Shown here: one piece after another, positions 36,445 through 47,588 of the stretch | Layout of the letters: each line of letters begins with the position of its first letter | How positions within the stretch are numbered: the first letter of the stretch is position 1 | Origin: an uncultured Methanoregulaceae archaeon | Lineage (GTDB): Archaea > Halobacteriota > Methanomicrobia > Methanomicrobiales > Methanospirillaceae | Reading direction: 5' to 3' | Assembly (NCBI GenBank): GCA_963737635.1 | Contig: CAVTTL010000001.1 | Location: 576,001-640,000 of the forward strand | Length of the DNA: 64,000 bases | Made by a program: the position numbers and the translations under genes | The notes under the pieces: model-generated | Seen by the model: the letters and a program-made list of their open reading frames with translations, nothing else | The model's database searches: none | Told to the model about the DNA's origin: nothing

Positions 36445-36585
36445 GGACTACCACCGAACAATTCTTGAACTCTATGAACATCTATTTCGCCGGGATCATA
36501 TAAATGCCATCCAGAGATAATGCATATCTGCGCATACACTTTCCTGCCGCTAGTTTTTAAAATGTTCAAAAAGGAAGCGTACTTT

Positions 36586-37575
36586 ATGCAGTCGCGGGTA
36601 ATCACCTTTACAAAAAACGTCTTTTTGCCGCTCACCAGCGTCTGCCGCAACCGGTGTGGGTACTGCTCATTCCGCACTCCTGTACGGGAGGGCTGTGTCA
36701 TGATGCCGAACGAAGTGGAGGCCATCCTTGTGCGCGGGAAAGAGGCGGGTTGTACCGAAGCGCTTTTTACTTTCGGTGAGCATCCGGAGGAAGAGAATGG
36801 GTTTGGCTCATACCTGAAAAAAACCGGTTATACTACTATTCTCGATTACTGTGAAGAGATGTGCCGTCTGAGCATACGGCATGGGATTCTCCCACACACA
36901 AATGCCGGCATCCTTACCTACGACGAAATGAAACGGCTTCGGACCGTAAATGCCAGCATGGGGCTGATGCTGGAGACTACTGCACGGATACCCGCGCACC
37001 AGGGATCAAAGGGAAAGGAACCAGAAGTACGCCTTGCAATGATAGAGGAAGCGGGAAAACTCAAAATCCCATTTACTACCGGCCTGCTCCTAGGGATCGG
37101 GGAGACGCTCGCTGATCGCAAAGCGTCCCTTGTGGCAATAAGAGATATTCACCGGAAATACGGGCACATCCAGGAGGTCATCCTCCAGAACTTTTGTCCT
37201 AAAAATGGCACTCCTATGGCGGCATTCCGGGTGCCGGACACACAGGAGATCTGCGATACGATAAAAACGGCGCGCCAAATCCTCCCACAGGAGATCGCCA
37301 TCCAGATAGCCCCAAATCTCATTGATGCGTCGCGGCTTATCCCATACGGAGTTGACGACCTTGGGGGAGTATCCCCGGTTACCATCGACTACGTGAACCC
37401 TGAGCATTCCTGGCCTGCGATTGAGGATCTTGAACAAATCGTGGGTAATGCGACGCTCTGCGAACGCCTCTGCATTTACCCCCGGTTTATTCATATGGGC
37501 TGGTATGACCCCGGCCTGCAACTCCTAATAAACCAGCTCGACCAAAATATTAGGATAAGGAGCAGGCAACCTTGA
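36586..37575 (+). CDS. cofG: FO synthase subunit CofG (radical SAM)
   Basis: LTSVCRNRCGYCSF, LPHTNAG, FTTGLLLGIGE, DDLGGVSP. Confidence 0.93.
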   Translation: MQSRVITFTKNVFLPLTSVCRNRCGYCSFRTPVREGCVMMPNEVEAILVRGKEAGCTEALFTFGEHPEEENGFGSYLKKTGYTTILDYCEEMCRLSIRHGILPHTNAGILTYDEMKRLRTVNASMGLMLETTARIPAHQGSKGKEPEVRLAMIEEAGKLKIPFTTGLLLGIGETLADRKASLVAIRDIHRKYGHIQEVILQNFCPKNGTPMAAFRVPDTQEICDTIKTARQILPQEIAIQIAPNLIDASRLIPYGVDDLGGVSPVTIDYVNPEHSWPAIEDLEQIVGNATLCERLCIYPRFIHMGWYDPGLQLLINQLDQNIRIRSRQP

Positions 37576-38345
37576 AACAACAAAACCTCCTCTATACCGG
37601 CAAAGCCAAATCGGTCTACTACACCGATGTGAAAGGAAAGCTGATTGTCGAATTTCGTGATGATATCACCGCTTTTGACGGGGGCAAAAAAGATACACTC
37701 AAAAACAAGGGCAGTTACAATGCCGGTGTCTCTGCATTCTTTTTTTCCCATCTGGAAAAAAACGGTGTAAAAACGCATTTTCTCGATATGCTGGATGAAA
37801 ACAGGATGGTTGTCCGCAAATTGTCCATGATACCTCTTGAAGTGATCGTCAGGAATTTCGCGGCTGGCTCAATCGTCAGGAACTACCCGTTTAAAGAGGG
37901 GAGCCCCTTGAAACCCCCGGTGATCGTAATCGATTATAAGGACGATTCCCGGCATGACCCGATGCTCAACGACGATCTTATTGTGGCGCTCAGGCTCGCG
38001 ACACCGGCTCAGCTCAAAAAAATAAAGGCGATCTCGCTGAGGATCAATACGCTTCTCTCAGGCCTGCTTGCAAAACAGGGGATTACCCTGGTGGATTTCA
38101 AGATGGAGTTTGGATGGCAGGGTAAAACCATCTACCTCGGTGACGAGATCAGCATGGACTCAATGCGCCTTTGGGACAAAAAGACCGGAGAATCTCTCGA
38201 TAAAGATGTGTACCGGTTCAACAAAGGGGATGTAATGGCGACGTACGACCGGGTTGCGGCGCGAATTATAAAGACAAAATCTCCTGCTTCGAAAAAAGAG
38301 CTCCCGAACAAGAGAAAGGCTAAAACTGCAAAGAAAGTAAAATAA
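37572..38345 (+). CDS. purC: SAICAR synthetase
   Basis: YTGKAK, FRDDITAFDG, IPLEVIVRN, LVDFKMEFG, DEISMDSMRLWD. Confidence 0.93.
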   Translation: MKQQNLLYTGKAKSVYYTDVKGKLIVEFRDDITAFDGGKKDTLKNKGSYNAGVSAFFFSHLEKNGVKTHFLDMLDENRMVVRKLSMIPLEVIVRNFAAGSIVRNYPFKEGSPLKPPVIVIDYKDDSRHDPMLNDDLIVALRLATPAQLKKIKAISLRINTLLSGLLAKQGITLVDFKMEFGWQGKTIYLGDEISMDSMRLWDKKTGESLDKDVYRFNKGDVMATYDRVAARIIKTKSPASKKELPNKRKAKTAKKVK

Positions 38346-38406
38346 AAATTTAGCAATATATATAATGACGAGTGAGTATTCATAACAGAAGATATGGTGG
38401 ACTAGC

Positions 38407-38688
38407 ATGGCTGAGGATCCGGAAAATGAAGCTGATACGCTCAAATGGGCCCAAGGAATTGCCCGCAAGAACAGGTGGGTACTCAATCCCGACGAAAATC
38501 ATCTTCAAACCGTGATCCGGGGGCTTGTACGGAACAAAAAGAAGTTCGGGAGACCTTACTGTCCGTGCCGCATTCGAAGTGGCGATGAGGAGCGTGATCG
38601 TGCCATAGAATGCCCGTGCATATACCACAAAGACGAGATCGCAAATGAAGGGCATTGTCACTGCCTGCTGTATTATAAAAAGACGTGA
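38407..38688 (+). CDS. Ferredoxin:thioredoxin reductase catalytic-subunit-like protein
   Basis: CPC...CPC...CHC motif triad. Confidence 0.85.
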   Translation: MAEDPENEADTLKWAQGIARKNRWVLNPDENHLQTVIRGLVRNKKKFGRPYCPCRIRSGDEERDRAIECPCIYHKDEIANEGHCHCLLYYKKT

Positions 38689-38721
38689 GAATGCTCTTTT
38701 TCTTTTATTGCTGGTTATCAT

Positions 38722-39216
38722 ATGATTACAACAGCGTCCGGTCCAGCAAAACATCACGGTCTCGACCCGATCTCAGGAAAGGATCCTGAAATTCTCATTC
38801 TTGGCAGTTATCCCAGCTGTCAGTCACTTGCAAAAGGCGAGTATTACGGTAATCCGCGGAACCAGTTCTGGAAGATTATGGAGGCATTGCTTGGGATCAA
38901 CAGTACCCTGCCATATACCGTCCGCACCTCCCTGCTCGCCGAGTACCGGATCGCTCTCTGGGATATCCTTTTTACGTGTACCCGTAACGGGAGCGCTGAT
39001 ATTACGATCCGGGAGCCAGTCCTCAACGATATCCGGGGGTTCGTTGCAGCTCACCCGACAATCCGGTGCATCGCGCTCAATGGAAATACTGCCGGACATT
39101 ACTTTAAGACACTGATCCCTGAATTACCTTGTATCGTCCTACCCTCGACTAGTCCTGCATATGCCCGCTTGACCCTGGCACAAAAAGCACAGCACTGGGC
39201 GTGTATCCTTACGTAA
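38722..39216 (+). CDS. DNA-deoxyinosine glycosylase (UDG superfamily)
   Basis: LILGSYPS, YYGNPRNQFW, ALWD, LPSTSPA. Confidence 0.85.
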   Translation: MITTASGPAKHHGLDPISGKDPEILILGSYPSCQSLAKGEYYGNPRNQFWKIMEALLGINSTLPYTVRTSLLAEYRIALWDILFTCTRNGSADITIREPVLNDIRGFVAAHPTIRCIALNGNTAGHYFKTLIPELPCIVLPSTSPAYARLTLAQKAQHWACILT

Positions 39217-39249
39217 CGCTCCGTTAAAAGAGATTTTGCCTTGATGTCA

Positions 39250-40906
39250 TCACCGTTCAAGGCGCAATTTCAGGAAGATGACGTGGTAGATCGCATAGAA
39301 CCCGCAAAGAACCGCCGCAGTATAACCGAGCACGGCGACCCAGATAACTTCCTTTGGCATGGTGATAGGCGATGCTTGTAGCACGAGCGATGACCCGACA
39401 ACGAGAGCAGCCACCACAAGGCCGATCATGATCTTGTCGCTAGCACGGTCAAGCGCCATCTGGAGTTTCTTTAAGTCAGTATCGACTACTTCCAGTCTGA
39501 CAGTGCCGGTCGAAAGACGCTTGAGCATCATGTTTACGTTGCGGGGAAGGTCAAATGCCGCGTCTACGGCATCAAGAAGTGAATTGGACGCCCGCTTCAT
39601 GTAACCGGCAGAAAGCACGTTGGAGTCGGCAAGCTTGCGTATGTAGGGGGTGATCTCTCCCCCAAAGCTGAACTTGGGATCAAGCCGTACAGCTGACATC
39701 AAAGACCATAACAAGGGTCTTTAAAAGGAGCATCAGGCTCATCGGAACCTTGAGATTATAACGCCGCATCACCTCAGTGAGCTCGTTTATCATGAGGCCG
39801 AAATTGAACTGGACGATCTCGTCCCCTCCGCCGAAATCGTGCATCATGATATAGAGATCATCACGGAGTGCCTCACGGTTTTCCTCGGCAACAAAGATCC
39901 CAAATCCTTCGAGCGCTTTTATGATCATATCGACATCGTCGGTGGTCAGAGCAAAGAGCAGATTGATGAAAAGCTGCTTCTTCTCAGGCCGCAATACCCC
40001 GACAATGCCAAAGTCAAGGAACACTAGGTCTCCCATCTCAGAAACGAGAAGGTTGCCGGGATGGGGGTCACCATGGTAAAATCCATCCTCGAAAATCATC
40101 TTAAGGTATGCATTGAATCCCCGGACTGCAATATCGTGCGTATTACATCCCTGCGCAGTGATCGCCTCAACGTTGTCTACCCGCACTCCCTTGATAAACT
40201 CCATGACGAGTAACCGGGGGGATGAATATTCCCAGTAAATTTTCGGGAAATGGATTCCGGGGACGTCGCGGAAGTTACGTGCCATCCGTTCCGCATTCCT
40301 GCCGTCGCGGGTGAAGTCCAGTTCTTTTCTTATCTGGGTGGCAAAATCCTGCACGAGTCCGGTTGGATTGTACATCCTGCTTTCCGGAAAAACGGCTTCG
40401 ATCCGTTCTGCCATGGACTGGAGAATAGCAAGGTCGTTCTCGATGAGTTCCGGGATCCCGGGTCGCTGAACCTTGAGCGCGACGACCGTTCCATCTTTGA
40501 GAACCGCACGGTGAACCTGACCGATCGATGCGGAGGCAACCGGGGACTCATCAATCTCACAGAACCAGTCTTCCAGTTTCGGGCAGGTTTCATTAATCAC
40601 ACCGACAACTTCAGAGAACGGCAGCGGTTTTGCATGATCCTGAAGTTTCTTGAGCTGTTCGATGAGCTCCGGGGGGAAGATCTCCGTTCTCGTGCTCATG
40701 ATCTGCCCGAATTTTACAAAAGTGGGCCCAAGTTCTTCAAGAGCTAGCCGCACCCGTTCATAAATCGTGGATCGATCCGACGCCTGTTCTGTGCCAGGAA
40801 GACGGAACCGGGTCTTGCCCGGGAAGGCTTTCTCCAATGCGATGCCAAAGCCGTACTTCCACAGGATATCGATGATCTGCGCATACCGCCGGATACGGGT
40901 GACCAT
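39250..40906 (-). CDS. ABC1/UbiB/AarF-family atypical kinase; +1 frameshift near 39694
   Basis: LGPTFVKFGQ, ASASIGQVH, KVQRP, HGDPHPGN, LDFG; C-terminal TM helices in the second fragment. Confidence 0.88.
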
Positions 40907-41034
40907 GGATACAGTTTGGCATTTGGGATACTTAACACTGGCTTTTCCTCTTCAATGCCGGACTATAGCACCGTAGTGATGCCGGGCTACAACTCAAAGG
41001 ACGAGCTGATTTACAAGAATCGCTATAAAGTGGA

Positions 41035-42273
41035 CTAGGTCTTGGAAAAGACCACTATCCGGTTCGTGTTTGTGCCGGATCGGTTATTGTCTATCCCCCA
41101 TATATGAGAAGTCTTCGAAAATGCCTGCTGGTTGATAATGATCCCTTCACAGGTAAACCCTGCAGCAACACCCAGTGGCATCACCTGCTCTTCGAGACGG
41201 ACCGTGTTCTTCCGGACCTCGCCAACTTCGAAGGCAACATAGCCACCGGGGGCAGTGATCCGAAAAAGCTCCCTGAATACGTCACCCATCACATCTCCCC
41301 AGTCCTTGATCGTTCTCGCCATCGTAATAGTGCGGCCTACCTCCTTTTCATCAAAGCCACAGAACCAGCACCGGAGCCAGTTGTCATCACGGTATTGGAC
41401 GACATCAAGGAACGGCGGTGATGTAACCGTAAGATTGATCGTATCAGAGCCAATTCCCGGGGTCGATCGAGCATCACAGGTAAGAAAACGGGCATCGGCT
41501 CCCGCACGGCGAAGATTATCAATGTCAGCCGATGTCAAGCCGGAGATTAGGCTCTTTGTTTTGCGCACGATGAGCCGGTGAGTGTCACGATATTCCGGCA
41601 CTTGACACCGCTTCCGGTTTATCCTCTCCTGACTTTTTTGCGATACCGCCTGGTTTGGCGGGAGGGTATATACCGAAAAAAAACCGCTCGAATGGCCAGT
41701 CAGGCGGTTAGTTGCCACCATTGCAATCCAGTGATCGATGGTATCCACATTATCATCCTCCTTTCTTTCGATCAGGTACTGGCGCAGTGCTACAATCTCG
41801 CGTTCGGTGTCCGGGTGATAGAACATCGAGAGATCGCGATCTCCCCTGTCACCATCCCGTGGGATGGTTGCAAGTCGCAAAGCTACCTCTTCTACGCTAG
41901 GTGGATGAAATCGTGGCTCGGAGAGAATCTGCGAGAGAGGGTTCGCATCATTTGCAATCACGCACCGGCAAAGAAGCCCGGCCTCGATTGCTGTAGTTCC
42001 ACGTCCGCTAAACGGGTCATACACAAAATTGCCCTTCTGGGTTAGGAAATCAATAAAAAACCTAGGTAGCTGAGGTTTGAAACAGGCACGATAGGAAATC
42101 TCCTGAATTGAAGAGGCTTGGCGCTGGCGGGAAGTCCAGAACTCCCCGGTGTATTGCTTGACACCGTGCGACCCAGCGATCTCTTCCTCAAGTATCGGTT
42201 CTCCCGATGGTCCCTTAAACCCTGCAAGAAACGCATGAAATGAAGGAACGTTTTTTTTGGACCGGCTTTTCAT
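41035..42273 (-). CDS. Amino (N4-C/N6-A) DNA methyltransferase, apparently orphan
   Basis: SAM motif I YDPFSGRGTT and motif IV VTSPPF; no adjacent restriction endonuclease ORF. Confidence 0.8.
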   Translation of the reverse strand: MKSRSKKNVPSFHAFLAGFKGPSGEPILEEEIAGSHGVKQYTGEFWTSRQRQASSIQEISYRACFKPQLPRFFIDFLTQKGNFVYDPFSGRGTTAIEAGLLCRCVIANDANPLSQILSEPRFHPPSVEEVALRLATIPRDGDRGDRDLSMFYHPDTEREIVALRQYLIERKEDDNVDTIDHWIAMVATNRLTGHSSGFFSVYTLPPNQAVSQKSQERINRKRCQVPEYRDTHRLIVRKTKSLISGLTSADIDNLRRAGADARFLTCDARSTPGIGSDTINLTVTSPPFLDVVQYRDDNWLRCWFCGFDEKEVGRTITMARTIKDWGDVMGDVFRELFRITAPGGYVAFEVGEVRKNTVRLEEQVMPLGVAAGFTCEGIIINQQAFSKTSHIWGIDNNRSGTNTNRIVVFSKT

Positions 42274-42402
42274 CAGGATCACTTTCGCAGAATACCGGTG
42301 TGCAGGACAATCGTATATCTCCTGTGTTCCGGAAAGGAGGCACAGAAAATAAGCGCCCCATTAGGGTTTGGCGAATCACCTCCGCTACGATGATGAAATG
42401 AC

Positions 42403-44094
42403 TTAAGTGTGGGTGAAGTATGCCCGAACGCCGCTTCTATCTACCTCGTCGATCCGGACAAAACCAATCCGCTCGAACTGAACGACATTTCCCTTTTCTT
42501 TTGCTACCGCAGGTTCGCACACGCCTTTTAGTTCACCCTCCATCGTTACGAGTGTGCAAGGCAGGGTCTGTTGTGCCGGTAGCCACTGGATGATATGCGC
42601 CTTTACTGCACGGGCATCGGCAAGAGCATCGCCACCGTATGCAAACGAAGAAACAGTTCCGTCCCAGGTAATCTTCACATTGAAGAGATCCTTGAGGCGC
42701 ACCATTGCCGCCCCAGGCACAATATCTGTTCCGGGGAGCATGACCGCCCCTTCAAACGAGAGCGCCCGGGTCCCTTTCGATGCATCGCCGGGATGGAGCA
42801 TCGCTTGGGCGATCCGGTGCGGAGCACCTCCAACCACGGCGCGCACCGGGTCCGGGACAAAGAAGTACCGGTTTGCCACAGGGTCGACAAGCTTCTTATT
42901 CTCGGCATAGAGATTATCCCATGAGAACGAAATATCAGTTTCGCCGATACCGATCGCAAGCATTGCGTTTTTGACCGCATCCGGGGTAATCCCCCTGCGG
43001 GCAAGTGCCCGGAGTGTTCCAAGGTGTATATCGTCCCATCCGGTATACTTCCCCTCAGTTATACCAAGACGCATCTGGGATGTAGAGAGCACCACGCCCT
43101 CGATGCCCATCCTGCCGTAGTGACGATAGACAGGCACCTTCCAACCGAAGTGATCGTAGATATATCGCTGGCGCCTGGTGTTGGCGATATGATCTTTTCC
43201 CCGGATCACATGCGTCACGCCAAGAAGGTGGTCGTCCGCAACCACCGAGAAGTTCATGAGCGGGTAGATGCGCGCATCAACCCGGGGGTGCTTCGGTGCA
43301 TCAAGGATCCTGAAGAGGGGGAAATCCCTCATTGCCGGATCCGGGTGCAGGAGATCGGTTTTGACCCGGACTGATGCTTCGCCTTCCTTAAACCCACCCT
43401 CAAGCATCTTCTCCCAGAGGGACAGCGCCATCTCTGCCGGCTGATCGCGGCAGGGACAGGCTTTTTTTGCATCCTTGAGCGTCTTGAAGTGCTCATTCTC
43501 GCACGTGCAGACATAGGCTCCCCCAAGGCCGATAAGCTGTCTGCAAAGATCATAATAGATTGGAAGCCGGTCACTCTGGGTGATCGTCTCGGTGATCCCC
43601 ATACCCAGCCATTTGATATCTTCCTGTACCATCTCATAGGCGTCAGGATCGACTCTTTTTGGGTCCGTATCCTCGATCCGGAGAATGTACCTGCCTCCGT
43701 ACTGTTTTACGTAAGCGTCGTTGAGCGCCGCAGCCCGGGCGTGCCCGATATGGAGGGGGCCGGAGGGGTTCGGTGCAAACCGCATGACCACACCATGATC
43801 CGCCCCTTCAAGATCGGGCAGTACTTTTTTGTGCTCATGCTTCTCACTGAGCGCAGCGAACATCTCAGGGGACAGCTCCTGGAGTTTTGCGATTCGCTCA
43901 TCCGGCGAAAGAGCCGCGACATCGGCAATCGATTCTTTTGCAAGGACGGCGACCTCCTTTGCTCGGCTGCGCAGCTCAGGACGCGCACCCATCACCATCC
44001 CGATAACCGCCCCGCTCTGCGGTACGCCTCCGTGTTTTACCGCATTCTGGAGGGCGCACAGGAACAGGGCGGCCCTGAAATCGTCCCCGGCCAT
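42403..44094 (-). CDS. gltX: Glutamate--tRNA ligase
   Basis: RFAPNPSGPLHIGH, HVIRGKDH, QFERIGF. Confidence 0.95.
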   Translation of the reverse strand: MAGDDFRAALFLCALQNAVKHGGVPQSGAVIGMVMGARPELRSRAKEVAVLAKESIADVAALSPDERIAKLQELSPEMFAALSEKHEHKKVLPDLEGADHGVVMRFAPNPSGPLHIGHARAAALNDAYVKQYGGRYILRIEDTDPKRVDPDAYEMVQEDIKWLGMGITETITQSDRLPIYYDLCRQLIGLGGAYVCTCENEHFKTLKDAKKACPCRDQPAEMALSLWEKMLEGGFKEGEASVRVKTDLLHPDPAMRDFPLFRILDAPKHPRVDARIYPLMNFSVVADDHLLGVTHVIRGKDHIANTRRQRYIYDHFGWKVPVYRHYGRMGIEGVVLSTSQMRLGITEGKYTGWDDIHLGTLRALARRGITPDAVKNAMLAIGIGETDISFSWDNLYAENKKLVDPVANRYFFVPDPVRAVVGGAPHRIAQAMLHPGDASKGTRALSFEGAVMLPGTDIVPGAAMVRLKDLFNVKITWDGTVSSFAYGGDALADARAVKAHIIQWLPAQQTLPCTLVTMEGELKGVCEPAVAKEKGNVVQFERIGFVRIDEVDRSGVRAYFTHT

Positions 44095-44095
44095 C

Positions 44096-45067
44096 CTAGA
44101 ATCTCCGCGTCACAAAAAATTTGCCGATATCCATGAGGAGCTGGCGCTCCTTTGTAGCCGGGAGCGCGCCGAGCAGCCGATCGCTGTCTGCTACCAGTGC
44201 AAAAGCCCTGTCTTTTACGGCATCGATGACCCCGGCATCAGTAAGCTCCTGAATTGCAGCCCTGATATCTGAAGGCGAAAGCTCATGCCTGTACTTAAGG
44301 AGATCGAGACCCTTTTTCCGCGCAAGAATCATAATGAGGGTCTGTTTTCCTTCCCGGAGATCCGACCCCTGATCCTTGCCGCTCTCTTCAGTAGGGGTGA
44401 GGAGATCAATGAGATCGTCTTGGATTTGAAATGCGATACCAGTATTGAGCCCGAATTTATAGAGCGCGTCTACCTGGTGCTCGTCTCCGCCAGCAAGGGT
44501 GCCGCCGATCGCAGCTGCAGCTGCATAGAGCACACCGGTTTTTTTCCCTACCATCTCCATATATTCTTCTTCGGTCACATCGGTCCTATGCTCAAAGGAC
44601 ATGTCCATGTGCTGGCCTTCGCAGATGTCAGCACACGCACGGGCAAGCAGCGCTGCTGCACGGACCTTTGCACCATCACCGGCCTTTACCTGACAAATGA
44701 ACTCAAATGCCCGGGCGTACAGAACATCCCCGGCAAGGATCCCGGTCGGCATATCCCATTTCGTGTGAACGGTCTGAACCCCTCGGCGGAGAGCGTCCCC
44801 GTCCATGATATCGTCATGGATAAGGGTGAATGTATGGGTAAGCTCAAGTGCGAGTGCCGCCGGCATAATATCTGCGGAACTACCCTGCCTGATTGAATCT
44901 GCGGAGAGCACGACCACTGCAGGACGGAGTCGTTTCCCCCCCGCACTAAGCAGGTGGGCAGATGCCTTGTTGAGTTCACCTTGATCATGGGCGAAATACT
45001 GATCGATCATGTCGTCAATCTTCTGTGCAACCGATTTCAGGTACGGTGATAGTTCCGACATTACCAT
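44096..45067 (-). CDS. idsA: Geranylgeranyl diphosphate synthase
   Basis: GGKRLRP, FTLIHDDIMD, FQIQDD, DLREGK. Confidence 0.9.
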   Translation of the reverse strand: MVMSELSPYLKSVAQKIDDMIDQYFAHDQGELNKASAHLLSAGGKRLRPAVVVLSADSIRQGSSADIMPAALALELTHTFTLIHDDIMDGDALRRGVQTVHTKWDMPTGILAGDVLYARAFEFICQVKAGDGAKVRAAALLARACADICEGQHMDMSFEHRTDVTEEEYMEMVGKKTGVLYAAAAAIGGTLAGGDEHQVDALYKFGLNTGIAFQIQDDLIDLLTPTEESGKDQGSDLREGKQTLIMILARKKGLDLLKYRHELSPSDIRAAIQELTDAGVIDAVKDRAFALVADSDRLLGALPATKERQLLMDIGKFFVTRRF

Positions 45068-45074
45068 TTCCCTT

Positions 45075-46412
45075 CTAGTTCAGTTTGAGCCGTTGTCCGT
45101 TGCGCATGACATGTACATCATTGCCCATCACGTACCCGAGGTCACCAGTGAACTCCGCGTATGTCGCGGTCATCCTGATATTACCGTGAGCCGGGATGAT
45201 GTGTTGTGGATTCAGGAGGCTGACAAATTCATAGTGATCCTCACGGTACGCATGCCCGCTCACGTGAAGATCCTGGAAGAGCCGGGCCCCTGCCATCTTC
45301 AGGTGCGCTTCGACCATGTACCGCTGCCCAAAATTCATAGGGTTCGGGATAACGTTAGCCGAGAAGAGGATCTTATCACCTTTTGCGATCTGGTAAGGGG
45401 TATCTCCCAACGCAACCCGGGTCAGGATCGAGCCCGGTTCACCTTGGTGACCGGTAATGATGGGGAGGAATTTCTCTTTTCCCGCCTTCATCATCCGGCG
45501 CAGAGTACGGTCAACCGTCCGTCGGTTTCCAAAGACACTGGTGTCCTGGGGGAATGAGACCATCTTCATCTGCTCTGCGGTGACCGAGTACTTCTCCATA
45601 GAGCGGCCCAGAAGGACCGGTTTTCTCCCTATTTCATGCGCACATTCCGCAATGGTCTTGACACGGGCGATATGGGACGAAAATGTTGAAACAATAATGG
45701 AGCTTTTATCATCCTCGTAACTGGTAATAGTATCCCGCACGAGATCCCGGGCGATTCTCTCGCTTGGACACCTGCCGGGCCGGTCGATATAAGTGCTTTC
45801 TACAATGAGAGCGAGCACCCCTTCCTTGCCTATCTGGCGGAACCGTGCAAAATCCGGGGGTTCTCCAATCACCGGTGTCCGGTCGAGCTTGAAATCACAA
45901 GCATAGACGATAGCGCCGTGAGGGGTATGGAGTACCGGGGTCACGGTATCTATGATCGAGTGCTGGGCCCTGACAAATTCAAGCACGAGGTGCTGCGAGA
46001 TCGTATACCTCTGCCCGGACCTGAGCGCGAAGAGCTTGTTGTTGACCCCGAACTTCTGTTCACCAGAGATTTGCTGCCGGATCAGTTCCGTCGCATAGGG
46101 TGACGCGATGATCGGCGCATTGTACCGGTGCGCGAGTTTCGGGATCGCCCCGATGTGGTCGAGATGCCCATGGGAGCAGACAATTGCTTTTACCGTTCCC
46201 TCGACCGAGTTCATCATGGTGTCGTCAGGTATTGCCCCGATCTTGATCAGATCCAGGGAATGCATATTCTCAAGCTCCGCATCCTCGTGAATCATAACCT
46301 GATCCAAGCGGAGCCCCATGTCAAAAATGACAATTTCTTTCCCGCAGCGGACAGCGGTCATATTCCGCCCGACCTCGTCGTAACCGCCCACTGCTATGAT
46401 CTCTATATCCAT
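45075..46412 (-). CDS. rnj: Ribonuclease J (beta-CASP)
   Basis: GGYDEVGRNM, SHGHLDHIG, HVSGHA, IPAHG. Confidence 0.92.
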   Translation of the reverse strand: MDIEIIAVGGYDEVGRNMTAVRCGKEIVIFDMGLRLDQVMIHEDAELENMHSLDLIKIGAIPDDTMMNSVEGTVKAIVCSHGHLDHIGAIPKLAHRYNAPIIASPYATELIRQQISGEQKFGVNNKLFALRSGQRYTISQHLVLEFVRAQHSIIDTVTPVLHTPHGAIVYACDFKLDRTPVIGEPPDFARFRQIGKEGVLALIVESTYIDRPGRCPSERIARDLVRDTITSYEDDKSSIIVSTFSSHIARVKTIAECAHEIGRKPVLLGRSMEKYSVTAEQMKMVSFPQDTSVFGNRRTVDRTLRRMMKAGKEKFLPIITGHQGEPGSILTRVALGDTPYQIAKGDKILFSANVIPNPMNFGQRYMVEAHLKMAGARLFQDLHVSGHAYREDHYEFVSLLNPQHIIPAHGNIRMTATYAEFTGDLGYVMGNDVHVMRNGQRLKLN

Positions 46413-46499
46413 GTTTTTTTCTCCTGGTTTATGTTGTCCCGCAGGTATTTTCTAAAACCTGATGGTGTTTTTTCGTTTTCGTAACGTGTACTTGGGTTT

Positions 46500-47583
46500 T
46501 CATGCTTTACGCAGGTTTGGCGCATCAATCATCTGTCGAGTTTTCCCCGTGATAAAGAACCGTGCACGGTACATATCGCGTACCCGTGCAGCTCCACACA
46601 AGAACATCGATGCCGCGAGTTCCTGGTGGATCATTTGGATTCTCGAGGCGAGTGCCTCGTCACCCTCAAGTGCCGGTTTCAGTAAGGGGAGCGCCATACC
46701 ACAGAGATCGGCACCGAGCGCAAGGGATTTTGCCATATCAATACCACTTCTGATACCGCCCGATGCGATCACCGGACTTCCCGTCCCTGCCACCTCGCTG
46801 AGGCTCACGACTGTGGGAATACCCCAGCCAGCAAAATCCTCACCAAGGGTCTTGAGGCACCTGTCCTGTGCATTCCGGCTCTCGTCGGCGCGGATGCTTT
46901 CGACTGCCGCCCAAGAAGTCCCGCCCAGGCCGCCGATATCGATGGCCCCGGCTCCCGCACTCCAACACTGGCAGGCAACCTCCCTCGAGATTCCGCATCC
47001 GGTCTTTTTGATAATCACCGGAGTTTTTATCTCCTCACAGAGTGCGGCGATCGCGGCGAGGCAGCCAACCGCATTGTGGTCACCCTCCGGCTGGATAGAT
47101 TCTTGGAGGAAATTGAGGTGGATTGCAATCGCGTTGGCGCCGATCATATCAATAGCCTGCTCGGCCCATGCAGTCCCGTGGTCCCGGAGCTGCACGGCGC
47201 CGAGATTTGCGACAAGGAATGCGTGGGGGGCCTCGTCGCGGACGATCGAGAACGTATCCGCAAGCGCCGGATTTTCAAGAGCAGACTCTTTGGGAACCCA
47301 CACCCATGCCAAGACCAAAGCGTTCGGTGATCCGGGCAAGACGGGCGTTTACCTCCTTTGTTCCCGGGTGGCCGCCGGTCATTGCCGAGATAAAGAGAGG
47401 GGACGACAGAGAATGACCGAAAAACCGGGTTGACAAATCAATCGAACGCATATCGCATTCCGGGAGCGCATTGTGAACCAGTCTGACATCAGCAAAGCCT
47501 GTGTCGCCGGATTCGACCTCCTTTTCAGCGCAGATACGCAGATGATCAAGCTTGCGCGATGAGGTCAACCGTTTATCTGCCAT
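46500..47583 (-). CDS. fni: Type 2 isopentenyl-diphosphate delta-isomerase; +1 frameshift near 47285
   Basis: RKLDHL, SAMTGG, GVGSQR, HLNFLQE.IQPEGD, GGTSWA, IASGGIR. Confidence 0.9.
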
Positions 47584-47588
47584 TTTCC

